Positions 1 through 14,300 of a stretch of 59,634 bases of DNA are shown here, one piece after another. Within the stretch, counting starts at the first letter, position 1; every line of letters begins with the position of its first letter. The notes beneath the pieces were generated by a model. That model was not told the DNA's origin and did not search any database. It worked only from the letters and a program-made list of their open reading frames with translations. The stretch spans positions 1-59,634 of the forward strand of contig CAYMQG010000045.1 of NCBI GenBank assembly GCA_964392625.1, given 5' to 3'. A program made the translations under genes and the position numbers. This DNA comes from an uncultured Gammaproteobacteria bacterium. Lineage in GTDB: Bacteria > Pseudomonadota > Gammaproteobacteria > Steroidobacterales > Foliamicaceae.

Positions 1-228
1 TCCCGGGAGGTGGATTTTCTCATCGACCGGGACGGGCAACTCACGCTGGCCGAATCGAAATGGAAGGAAATTCCCGTAGCGCGTGATTTCGATCAGGTTC
101 TGGCGGTGCAGTCGCTGTTGCCGCATGCATGCTTGCCGGCAATGGTGTTGTGCCGTGCGCCGCAAAGCCATCCGGTCAAGGACGGGGCGCTGGCTGTGAA
201 CGCCTACCGGCTCCGCGAACATATCTGA
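1..228 (+). CDS. 3' end of AAA+ ATPase / DUF4143-domain protein (partial, runs off window)
   Basis: Frame open from base 1: SREVDFLIDRDGQLTLAESKW resembles the EVDF...ExK C-terminal PD-(D/E)xK-like motif of DUF4143 proteins. Confidence 0.65.
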   Translation, partial: SREVDFLIDRDGQLTLAESKWKEIPVARDFDQVLAVQSLLPHACLPAMVLCRAPQSHPVKDGALAVNAYRLREHI

Positions 229-242
229 AACGCGGCGCAAAA

Positions 243-338
243 CGAATCCGGCCGCTGGCGCACCCTGGCTTCGCCCCCCCGCCGATCTCCTGATCGATGC
301 CCCCCGGAGCGCGTTTCGTCGCGCTAAAGCCGGATTCG
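243..338. other. Structured intergenic element between convergent genes (possible dksA terminator, ncRNA or MITE-like element)
   Basis: Perfect 10-bp inverted repeat CGAATCCGGC (243-252) / GCCGGATTCG (329-338) enclosing hairpins CGATC-tcct-GATCG (283-296) and AGCGCG-tttcgt-CGCGCT (308-325); TTTT follows on the minus strand. Confidence 0.45.
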
Positions 339-343
339 CGGGA

Positions 344-778
344 CTACCGGGTAGTGCGGTCGCGGTACTGGCGCTCGGCCATTTCGCGGTGCTGCTGGGC
401 TTCCACCGACAGCGTGGCCACAGGGCGGGCCTGCAGCCGCTCCAGGCCGATTTCCTCGCCTGTTTCCTCGCAATAGCCGTAGCTGCCGTCATTGATCCGC
501 TCCAGCGCGGCATTGATTTTCTTGAGCAGTTTGCGCTCCCGGTCGCGCGTCCTCAGTTCCAGGCCGAATTCCGATTCCTGGGTCGCACGGTCGCTCGGGT
601 CGGGGAAATTGCTGGCGTCGTCGCGCATGTGATGCACGGTGCGCTCCACCTCGCCCATCAATTCCGCCTTCCAGGCGAGCAGGATCCTGCGGAAATGCTC
701 CAGCTGGGAGTCATTCATGTACTTCTCACCCTTCTTCGGGCGATAAGGAGCTATGCCGTGTATGAGTTGGTCTTTCAT
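344..778 (-). CDS. dksA: RNA polymerase-binding transcription factor DksA
   Basis: YMNDSQLEHFRRIL, coiled-coil tip DPSDRA, RTRDRERKLLKKI, YGYCEETGEEIGLERLQARP; ATG at 778 preferred. Confidence 0.95.
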   Translation of the reverse strand: MKDQLIHGIAPYRPKKGEKYMNDSQLEHFRRILLAWKAELMGEVERTVHHMRDDASNFPDPSDRATQESEFGLELRTRDRERKLLKKINAALERINDGSYGYCEETGEEIGLERLQARPVATLSVEAQQHREMAERQYRDRTTR

Positions 779-797
779 GGTCTTGCAAGCGCGCGGC

Positions 798-803
798 ATT
801 ATA
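798..803 (-). promoter_or_regulatory. Putative sigma70 -10 box of dksA with GC-rich discriminator
   Basis: Perfect TATAAT on the minus strand followed by GCCGCGCGC; no clear -35. Confidence 0.5.
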
Positions 804-806
804 GCG

Positions 807-1202
807 TTATGCGGTCTCTTCGGCGCGGTCCTCGTCCAGCGGCGAATCGGGGTCCCATCCCGGCGAAAGGTGCTCTGCCGTCACCGTGGTATAGAGTCCG
901 CCTCGGACATTGAAGCGGGCCCTCAGGCGCATCTGGCGCGGCCGGGTCAGCGACACCAGCTCATCGAGGATCTCGTTCGTGACCGCCTCGTGGAACGCGC
1001 CGCGGTCGCGGAACGAGTTCAGATACAGTTTCAGCGACTTCAGCTCCACGCAAACGGCGTCCGGCACGTAGTCGATCACAAGCTCCGCGAAGTCCGGCTG
1101 GCCGGTCTTCGGGCACAGGCAGGTGAACTCGGGCGCGCGCACCCTGATGGTATAATTGCGGCCCGTGCGCGGGTTCGGGAAAGTCTCCAGGATGGGGTTC
1201 AT
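807..1202 (-). CDS. queF: NADPH-dependent 7-cyano-7-deazaguanine reductase (unimodular type I)
   Basis: [22 protein letters not shown] (catalytic Cys/Asp), QueF motif [14 protein letters not shown]. Confidence 0.95.
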   Translation of the reverse strand: MNPILETFPNPRTGRNYTIRVRAPEFTCLCPKTGQPDFAELVIDYVPDAVCVELKSLKLYLNSFRDRGAFHEAVTNEILDELVSLTRPRQMRLRARFNVRGGLYTTVTAEHLSPGWDPDSPLDEDRAEETA

Positions 1203-1249
1203 GGCAGGGAAATTTACACCACTTGCCCCGCCCTTGAGAACCGCAGGCA

Positions 1250-6317
<5,068 letters not shown>

Positions 6318-6400
6318 GAAAGGCGCGGCCGCGGGCGTTGCGGCCGGCGATTCAAGCTGTCACACTACCCCTCGAAAGAAACCCCAAAGGGGCGTTTGAG

Positions 6401-7153
6401 GTGACGATTCTTCTTGGAGTGAATGTCGATCATGTGGCTACCTTGCGCCAGGCGCGGGGAACTACGTACCCCGATCCGGTCGAAGCCGCGCGGCAGGCGC
6501 TGGAAGCCGGCGCCGACTACATTACCGTGCACCTGCGCGAAGACAGGCGCCACATCCAGGACCGCGATGTCGAGCGTTTGATCGACTCGCCGGACGTGCG
6601 CGTGAACCTGGAGATGGCCGCCACCGAAGAAATGCTGGCGATCGCGGAGCGATGGCGCCCCGAGGATTGCTGCCTGGTGCCCGAGCGGCGCCAGGAACTC
6701 ACGACCGAGGGCGGACTGGACGTTTGCGGCCAGATCGAAACGATTGCCGGGGCTTGTGCGCGCCTGGCGGCCGCCGGCGTGCGGGTATCGCTGTTCGTCG
6801 ATCCGCACGAAGCGCAGTTGCGCGCAGCGGCCGAAGCGGGAGCGCCGGTGGTCGAGTTGCACACGGGCGTCTATGCGGACGCCCCGAACACCGCTACCCG
6901 GGCGGAAGAGTTGGCGCGAATTCGCCGCGCCGCAGCGGTCGCGGCGGGGCTGGGACTGGTGGTTAACGCCGGGCACGGCCTGCATTACGAAAACACCGCG
7001 GCGGTGGCGGCGATCGCGGAGATTGCCGAACTCAATATCGGTCATGCTATCGTTGCCCAGGCGATATTTGATGGTTTTCCCGGGGCCGTACGGCGAATGA
7101 AGGACCTTATGAGGGCGGCCCGCGGGCAGGAGCGGGCACGCGGGCGGCAATGA
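6401..7153 (+). CDS. pdxJ: Pyridoxine 5'-phosphate synthase
   Basis: [48 protein letters not shown]; GTG start at 6401. Confidence 0.97.
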   Translation: MTILLGVNVDHVATLRQARGTTYPDPVEAARQALEAGADYITVHLREDRRHIQDRDVERLIDSPDVRVNLEMAATEEMLAIAERWRPEDCCLVPERRQELTTEGGLDVCGQIETIAGACARLAAAGVRVSLFVDPHEAQLRAAAEAGAPVVELHTGVYADAPNTATRAEELARIRRAAAVAAGLGLVVNAGHGLHYENTAAVAAIAEIAELNIGHAIVAQAIFDGFPGAVRRMKDLMRAARGQERARGRQ

Positions 7154-7539
7154 TGATTTACGGAATCGGGACGGACCTGCTGCGGATCGATCGCGTCGAA
7201 CGCGTATACAGGCGGTTCGGCGACCGGTTCGCCCGCCGCGTGTTGATGGATTCCGAACAACGCGAATTCGCCGCCGCAAAGAGTCCCGCGCGGTTTCTGG
7301 CCATGAGGTTTGCCGCCAAGGAGGCGATCGTGAAGGCCCTGGGTACGGGGTTTCGCCACGGAATGTGGGTCCGCGACTCCGGAGTGAGGCATGATCGCCG
7401 GGGCCGCCCGGAAATCATTTTTTCGCCGCGCGGCAAGGCGGCCTGCGCCGCCGCCGGGGTCAGCGGCGGCTACCTGAGTTTGACTGATGAAGCCGGCCTG
7501 GTTGTGGCGACGGCGATACTGGTGTCGGGGGGCAGCTGA
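7150..7539 (+). CDS. acpS: Holo-ACP synthase
   Basis: GIGTD, RFAAKEAxxKALGTG; follows pdxJ with overlap. Confidence 0.95.
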   Translation: MMIYGIGTDLLRIDRVERVYRRFGDRFARRVLMDSEQREFAAAKSPARFLAMRFAAKEAIVKALGTGFRHGMWVRDSGVRHDRRGRPEIIFSPRGKAACAAAGVSGGYLSLTDEAGLVVATAILVSGGS

Positions 7540-8438
7540 TGAGCGCGAAACTGGTTCTGGATATTGAAACGGTGCCGGACGCCGAAATGGGGCGGGGGCT
7601 GTACGGGCTGGACGACCTGGACGAGGGCGAGGTGATGCGGGCCATGCTGCATCACTATCAGCAGCGCACGGGCCTGGAGTTCCTTCCTCCGATCCAGCAC
7701 AAGGTGGTGGCGATCGGTATCGTGCTTCGCAACGACGAAGGGGTGCGGCCGCTGGTGCTGGGTGACGAGGATGCCAAGGAATCCGAACTGATCATGCGTT
7801 TTTTCCGCGGACTCGGGCACTACGTACCCGATCTCGTTACCTGGAACGGGGCCGCTTTCGACCTTCCTGTGCTGAATTTCCGGGCCCTCCGCCACGAGAT
7901 ACAGTCCAAGGTCTACTGGGAAACCGGTTTGAACGACCGGGGCTTCCGCTTCAACAACTACCTGTCGCGTTTCCACTGGCGTCATACCGACCTGATGGAC
8001 GCGCTGTCCGGCTTTCAGGGCCGCGGGCGTCCCAGCCTGCGGGAAGCCTGCGCGTTGCTCGGCCTGCCCGGCAAGAACCTGATGGAAGGATCAAGCGTCA
8101 TGGACGCCTACCTCGAAGGGAGGATCGGCGACATTCGACGCTATTGCCTCGAGGACGCGCTGAACACCTACCTGGTGTCGATCCACTTCGACTACTTGCG
8201 CGGAAACCTGTCGCAGGACAGCCTGGACGACGAGTACGGACTGCTGATCGACGTGCTCAAGGCAAGCGGCGAGCAGCATCTTGAGGAGTTTGCCCGCAAG
8301 CTGGAGGCCGAACCCGAGGACGGGAAAGAGGACTCCGGCGCGGAATCCTCGGCGGAGGCGGGTTCGGAAGAAGAGCCTCCGGCGCCGGACCCCCAGCCCG
8401 AGGAAGCCCCCAGGGAAGAACAGGCGACCGTTCACTAG
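7539..8438 (+). CDS. PolB-like predicted 3'-5' exonuclease with acidic C-terminal tail
   Basis: LDIETVPD (ExoI), VTWNGAAFDLPVL (ExoII), HTDLMD, YCLED (ExoIII). Confidence 0.85.
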   Translation: MSAKLVLDIETVPDAEMGRGLYGLDDLDEGEVMRAMLHHYQQRTGLEFLPPIQHKVVAIGIVLRNDEGVRPLVLGDEDAKESELIMRFFRGLGHYVPDLVTWNGAAFDLPVLNFRALRHEIQSKVYWETGLNDRGFRFNNYLSRFHWRHTDLMDALSGFQGRGRPSLREACALLGLPGKNLMEGSSVMDAYLEGRIGDIRRYCLEDALNTYLVSIHFDYLRGNLSQDSLDDEYGLLIDVLKASGEQHLEEFARKLEAEPEDGKEDSGAESSAEAGSEEEPPAPDPQPEEAPREEQATVH

Positions 8439-8450
8439 TTCGCATGAACG

Positions 8451-8933
8451 ATGGCGGCTGAAGTCCTCGTCGAAATTTCGCGACAAACCCTGCAGCTTGT
8501 CGGGGGCGGCAAGGTTCAGGGTCGATGGCCCGTATCCACGTCCCGTTACGGCCCCGGTGAGCTGGCCGACAGCATGGGAACGCCCCGCGGCCGGCATCGT
8601 ATCCGGGCCTGTATAGGGGAAGGGCAGCCGCAGGGCGCGGTTTTCGTGAGCCGGCGCGCAACCGGCGAGATCTACTCCGAGGAGCTGGCCAGGCAATATC
8701 CCGAAAGGGACTGGGTGCTCAGTCGAATCCTGTGGCTTTGCGGCGAGCAGTCCGGGTACAACCGGCATGGGCGGGTGGACAGCATGCGCCGTTATATCTA
8801 CATACACGGCACGCCCGACTTGGAGCCCATGGGCGTGCCGCGCTCGCACGGCTGCGTGCGGATGCGCAACGCCGACGTCATCGCGCTGTTCGATCTCGTC
8901 GGCCCTGGTTGCCGGGTCGACATCAGGCCATAA
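8451..8933 (+). CDS. L,D-transpeptidase (YkuD family)
   Basis: WPVSTS, GTPRGRH, IYIHGT...SHGCVRM catalytic motif. Confidence 0.9.
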   Translation: MAAEVLVEISRQTLQLVGGGKVQGRWPVSTSRYGPGELADSMGTPRGRHRIRACIGEGQPQGAVFVSRRATGEIYSEELARQYPERDWVLSRILWLCGEQSGYNRHGRVDSMRRYIYIHGTPDLEPMGVPRSHGCVRMRNADVIALFDLVGPGCRVDIRP

Positions 8934-8944
8934 GGGAGCGGGAG

Positions 8945-9883
8945 TTGGGCCCCCTGATGATCGATCTTGAGGGCGTGGTCCTGGCAGCGGCGGAGGCGGA
9001 ACTGTTGCGCCACCCTGCGGTCGGCGGCGTCATCCTGTTCAGCCGCAACTACCGGTGTCCGGCGCAGGTACGCAGCCTCGTTAACGCCATTCGGTCCGCC
9101 GCAGGGCGTCCCCTGCTCGTCGCCATCGACCAGGAGGGTGGCCGAGTCCAGCGCATGCGATCAGGCTTCTCCGCCCTGCCGCCGGCCCGTGCTCTCGGCC
9201 AGGTCCACGATTCCGATCCCGGCCGGGCCAGGGAACTGGCCCGCGCCCGCGGCCGCCTGCTGGCGCTGGAACTGGATGCGGTGGGCATGGATTTCAGCTT
9301 TGCGCCGGTCGTGGACGTGGATTACGGCAGGAGCGACGTGATCGGCGACCGCGCCCTGCACGGCGATCCCGAAGTCGTGTCGGACCTCGGCGCGGCCTTT
9401 GTGCAGGGCGCTGCCTCCGCGGGCATGGCCTGCGTGGCCAAGCACTTTCCGGGCCATGGTTGGGTCGAGGCCGATTCCCACATGGAAATGCCGGTGGACG
9501 ATCGCGACTATCCGGCATTGTGTGCCGATCTCGTGCCCTTCGAGCGGCTGTTCGCCGCCGGCGCAGGCGCCGTCATGACCGCGCATGTGCAGTATCCCGC
9601 GGTGGACGAGCCCACGCCCTGCTATTCGCGCCGCTGGATGGGCGAGGAACTGCGCCAGCGCATGGGCTTTTCCGGGGCCATCTTTGCCGACGATCTTTCC
9701 ATGCACGGGGCGGGCCAGGCCGGCGATCTGGCACAGCGCGTCGAGGCCGCCCTCGAGGCCGGCTGCGACATGCTGCCGGTCTGCAACGATCCCGAGGGCG
9801 TGCGCGACCTCCTCAGTGACTGGCGCATCGCCGCCCGGCCTGATTCCGCGGTCCGCTTGGCCAACTTGCGTCGAGCCGTTTGA
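8945..9883 (+). CDS. nagZ: Beta-N-acetylhexosaminidase (GH3)
   Basis: GPLMID, GGVILFSRN, DQEGGRVQR, KHFPGHG...DSH, DDLSM; start TTG 8945 or ATG 8957. Confidence 0.95.
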   Translation: MGPLMIDLEGVVLAAAEAELLRHPAVGGVILFSRNYRCPAQVRSLVNAIRSAAGRPLLVAIDQEGGRVQRMRSGFSALPPARALGQVHDSDPGRARELARARGRLLALELDAVGMDFSFAPVVDVDYGRSDVIGDRALHGDPEVVSDLGAAFVQGAASAGMACVAKHFPGHGWVEADSHMEMPVDDRDYPALCADLVPFERLFAAGAGAVMTAHVQYPAVDEPTPCYSRRWMGEELRQRMGFSGAIFADDLSMHGAGQAGDLAQRVEAALEAGCDMLPVCNDPEGVRDLLSDWRIAARPDSAVRLANLRRAV

Positions 9884-10653
9884 TGGCGATTGAGGGACTG
9901 GCGCTGATTTCCGGTGCTCCGCCGGAGCGGCTGGGCATGGGTCAGCCCGAGAGACCGGCGCCGAACGGAAGTCGGCCCTATGGTCCGCCTTCCGCGCCGG
10001 TAGAGATTCGGAAGCTCGGCAGCGCTCCGGTCCTCTACCTGAACAGGCACGGCGCGAATTACGCGATTGCGCCTCATCGGATCAACTATCGCGCCAACCT
10101 CAAGGCCTTGGCCGAGGCGGGCGCCGCGAGCATTCTGGGCGTTCACTCGGTGGGCGGCATCGCCGCCGAGGCCGTGCCGGGAACCGTCGTCATACCCCAT
10201 GACCTGATCGACTACACGCACTCGCGCGAGACCAGCTTCGCGAAGGACGGCGCCGGCAAGAGCGCATTCGTCGAGTTCGCGAGCCCTTTCGACGCGGCGA
10301 TGCGCAGGGGGCTGGTCGAGGCCGCTGAAGGCACGGAGTGCCTTGTGCGTGGCGTCTACGGCGTAACGCAGGGTCCGCGGCTGGAAACCGCCGCCGAAGT
10401 CGACCGGCTGGAGCGTGACGGATGCACGCTGGTAGGCATGACCCTGATGCCGGAGGCGGTGCTGGCCCGCGAACTGGGCATTCCCTACGCTTCCCTGTCG
10501 CTGGTAAGCAACTATGCCGCCGGCCGCAACAAGAACGGTGAAACGAGAGGAATCATCGAGCAGCATGCCGCCTGGCTGGATACGGGGCTCGAGCGCGCAC
10601 GGGAATTGCTGGCTCGCTGGCTTGCCGCGTCGGACTTCCCGGCAGGGGACTAG
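9883..10653 (+). CDS. mtnP: S-methyl-5'-thioinosine/thioadenosine phosphorylase
   Basis: RHG...PHRINYRAN, SVGGI, QGPRLETAAE, VGMTxxPEAxLARE, NYAAG; position after nagZ. Confidence 0.85.
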   Translation: MAIEGLALISGAPPERLGMGQPERPAPNGSRPYGPPSAPVEIRKLGSAPVLYLNRHGANYAIAPHRINYRANLKALAEAGAASILGVHSVGGIAAEAVPGTVVIPHDLIDYTHSRETSFAKDGAGKSAFVEFASPFDAAMRRGLVEAAEGTECLVRGVYGVTQGPRLETAAEVDRLERDGCTLVGMTLMPEAVLARELGIPYASLSLVSNYAAGRNKNGETRGIIEQHAAWLDTGLERARELLARWLAASDFPAGD

Positions 10654-10666
10654 CGGCAGTCAGCCC

Positions 10667-11302
10667 TCAGTCGTCCGCTTCCGGGCGCGGGCGATAGCGG
10701 AACAGGCGCGCGATGGCTCCGAACCGGGGATGGTCGAAGTAGTGCACTTCCCCCAGCAGGAGACGGCGGCGCTCCCGGATCCGATACTCGCCGCCGCCCT
10801 CTTCAACCGCCGGCATCCGCAGGTCGAGCGTCAGATGCATGAACCGTTCTTCCTCCAGTGACGCCAGCCCGCTGAAGGGCAGCGCCCCGGCGGCAAGGGT
10901 GGACAGCCGCAACGGTATCGGTTCGCCGTTCCACTCCGCGGGCATCGCCCAGGCGAAATGCGCCAGTGGCCGGTACCCGGCGCTGCGGCGCATCGACACC
11001 CAGATGCCGTCGAGCGCGAATTGCGCGCGGGTCAGGGCCAGAATGCCGGGCGGCGGCTCAGGTGTCGCGGGACCCGAGTCCGGCAGTTCCAAAGGCGCGG
11101 GATAGACTTCGGGAGGCGGCAGGTCCGGCGACGTCTGCATGAGATCCTCGGTGGTTTCCTCCGCGTCCAGCTGCAGGAACACGATCATCTCCAGGGCGGT
11201 CCGGAAGTCGTCATCCTGCGCCTGCAAGGGTCCGGCTAGCAGGACGCACGCCATGAAGTGAATCAGGGCGGCGATCGGCGGGGCAGGGAATCTGTGCGGC
11301 AC
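10667..11302 (-). CDS. CsiV-like peptidoglycan-binding periplasmic protein
   Basis: Signal-like N-terminus, EMIVF, GYRPLAHFAW, RRRLLLGEVHYFDHPRFG; located after mfd; start uncertain (GTG 11302 or ATG 11254). Confidence 0.75.
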   Translation of the reverse strand: MPHRFPAPPIAALIHFMACVLLAGPLQAQDDDFRTALEMIVFLQLDAEETTEDLMQTSPDLPPPEVYPAPLELPDSGPATPEPPPGILALTRAQFALDGIWVSMRRSAGYRPLAHFAWAMPAEWNGEPIPLRLSTLAAGALPFSGLASLEEERFMHLTLDLRMPAVEEGGGEYRIRERRRLLLGEVHYFDHPRFGAIARLFRYRPRPEADD

Positions 11303-11309
11303 GAGGCCT

Positions 11310-14300
11310 CTAGTGTACGGTTTCGGATCGGCGGGCCTCTTCGAGCGATGCAAGGAGGCGCTCCACATACCGGAAGCGCTGCTCGGGCCGCGACAGGTCG
11401 GCCCGGAACCTGAGCGCGTCGTTGGGCCGCAAGGCGTATTCCTCCGGCTGACGCCGCACCAGTGCGGCGAGGTGCAGGGGGTCCACCGGCGTGTCGGTGT
11501 GGAACTCCGCCTCGCCGCCGCGGTCCGCCGCCTGCAACATTCGTATGCGCAGTTTCCGCATGCGCTGCTGAATCCGCGCCTGCCGGAACAGATTGAGGGC
11601 TTGTTCGGGCGCTGGGCCGAAGCGGTCCACCAGCTCGACCATGAGCCCGTTCAGGGTTGAGGCGTCCGCGGCGGTCGAAACGCGCTTGTACCAGCTCAGG
11701 CGCTGGTTGACGTCGGGCATGTAGTCCTCGGGAAGCAGGGCGCCCAGATTCAGATCGACGTCCGCGCGTGGCTGCGCCGCGACGCCCGGGCTATCGGCGG
11801 GAAGGTCGCGCAGATCCTGCACGGCGCGGCTCAGCATGTCGTTGTAGAGGCTGAACCCGATCTGCTGTATCTGCCCGGACTGTTCTTCGCCCAGCAGCTC
11901 CCCGGCCCCCCGGATCTCCAGGTCGTGGGTGGCGAGCAGGAACCCGGCGCCGAGTTCGCCGGCCGCCTGTATCGCTTCCAGGCGCTTGTGCGCATCGGCG
12001 GTCATCTCCTTTTCGTGCGGGCGGATCAGGTAGGCGTAGGCCTGGTGATGGGAGCGCCCGACCCGCCCGCGCAACTGGTGCAACTGGGCGAGTCCCAGCC
12101 GGTCCGCGCGGTTGATCAGCATGGTGTTGGCGTGGGGAATGTCCAGCCCGCTTTCGATGATGGTGGTGCACACCAGCACGTCGAAGCGGCGGTGGTAGAA
12201 GTCGGTCATGACGCGCTGCAGCTCCGCGTCCGGCAGTTGGCCGTGGGCCACTTCGAGCCGCACGTCGCCGAGCAGCGCCTGCAGTTCGCGCGCGATACGG
12301 TCGATGTCCCTGACCCGGTTGTGAACGAAGAAGACGGCGCCGCCGCGGCGCAGCTCCCGCCCGCAGGCCTCCCGGATCAGGCTGTTGCGCCAGGGCGTTA
12401 CAAAGGTCCTGACCGCCATGCGCGCCGGCGGCGGCGTGGTGATCAGCGACAGATCGCGCAGGCCGCCCAGGGACATGTTCAGCGTCCGGGGAATGGGAGT
12501 GGCGGTGAGCGTCAGGACGTGCAGGCCGGCCCGCAGGTTCTTGATGCGCTCCTTCTGGCGTACGCCGAAACGATGTTCCTCGTCGACCACCAGCAGGCCC
12601 GGTCGCTTGAAACGCACGCGGGGGTTCAGAAGGCCGTGGGAGCCGACGACGATATCCGCTTGTCCGTCGGCAATCCGCTCCCGCACCTCCTCGTTCCTGC
12701 GGCCGGCGCCGAAGCGGGTCAGCATTTCGACCCTCACGGGCCAATCGGCAAACCGGTCGCTGAATACGCGGTAATGCTGCTCGACCAGCAGCGTCGTGGG
12801 CGCCAGGACCGCCACCTGGTGGCCCTGGAATACGGCCGCGAAGGCTGCGCGCAGCGCCACCTCGGTCTTGCCGAAGCCCACGTCTCCGCAGATGAGCCGG
12901 TCCATCGGCCGGCCGGCGGCGAGGTCGTCGAGCACCTGCTCCACGGCGCGTTCCTGGTCGTGCGTCAGCCGGTAGGGGAAGCGGGCCGTGAATGCGCTCA
13001 TCTCCGTCGGCGGGGCCTCGATCGCGGGCATGGTCCGCGCGGCGCGCCGGGCCTGCAGTTGCAGCAGTTCGGCGGCCACGTCGCGCAACTGGCGTTCCGC
13101 GCGCCGCTTGATCCGGTCCCAGGCGTCCGAGCCCAGCCGGTGCAGCGGCGCGTGCTCGGGGCTTCCGCCGGTATAGCGGGTAATGAGTTGCATGTCGGAA
13201 ACCGGCACGTAGAGGCGGTCGTCGCCGGCGTACCTGACGCGCATGAACTCGGCCGGCGCGCCTCCCACGTCCATGTGCTGCAATCCTTCGTAGCGGCCGA
13301 TGCCGTGGTCTTCGTGCACCACGGGCGCGCCGGGGACAAGATCCGCCAGGCTTTGCAAAATGGCTTCCGGCGCCGGCTGGCCCCGCCGGCGGCGCCGTGT
13401 AAGCGGGCGTTGCCGGCCGAACAGTTCGCGCTCGGTAAGCACGGTCAGGTCATCGCCGAGAACGATGCCGTGATCCAGCGGGCTCTCGGCCAGGCACAAC
13501 GGCGCCGCGGACGCCAGGAAATCGCTCCAGGACGCGACGTCCTGCGCCCTGAGTTGCCTGCCGCGCAGCAACTCGCGAACCAGTTCGCGTTGACCGGCGG
13601 TTTCCGCGGCCAGCAGAATGCGCCGGCCGGGCGTTTGCGCGTAGGCCTCGAGCGAAGCGTGCTCGTCGTTGCGGGTGAGCGGCACCGCCGGCGCCGGCCG
13701 CGCCCTGATGGACTGCGAATTGGCCCGAACGGCCATGTCCGCCAGCGCTTCGGGGCGGCAATCGAAGCTGCGCCGGCCCGCGACGGCGGCCTTGTGCAGG
13801 TCCGGAGGCGCAAACAGTTCTTCCGGCGGCAGGCAGGGTTGTTCCAGGTCGCCGTCCCGCTGCCGATATCGGTCCGCAATGGCTTCCCACTCCGATTCCA
13901 GGGCGGTTACCGCACCCGGGAGGAGGACGACCGCGCTGTCGGACGGAAGGTAGTCCCAGAGGGTTTCGGTCCGCCCGAAGAACAGCGGCAGGTAGTTCTC
14001 CGCTCCCTGCGGCGCCATGCCCTCGCCCACCTTTCGGAAAACCTCCGCGCGCGCCGGGTTTTGCGGGAACCGCCGCCGGAATCGTTCGCGAAAGGCTTCG
14101 ATGCCGTCGGGGTCCAGCGGCAGTTCGCGCGCCGCCATCAGCCTGAACGAATCCAGTTCCCCGGTGCTGCGCTGCGAAGCGGGGCTGAACCGGCGGATGG
14201 ATTCGACTTCCCGGTCAAAGAACTCGATCCGGACCGGCGCCGGGGAGCCGCTGGGAAATATGTCCAGCAGTGCGCCGCGAACGGCATACTCTCCCGGCTC

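Noticed and set aside
283-320. Possible hammerhead ribozyme (CTGATCGA and GAAAC motifs)
   Set aside because: The motifs lie on opposite strands and CTGATCGA does not match CUGANGA.
8023-8042. GCGGGCGTCCCAGCCTGC resembling the repeat core
   Set aside because: Imperfect stem, no CCYGGG flank, and it falls within an ordinary part of the exonuclease domain with no sign of insertion.
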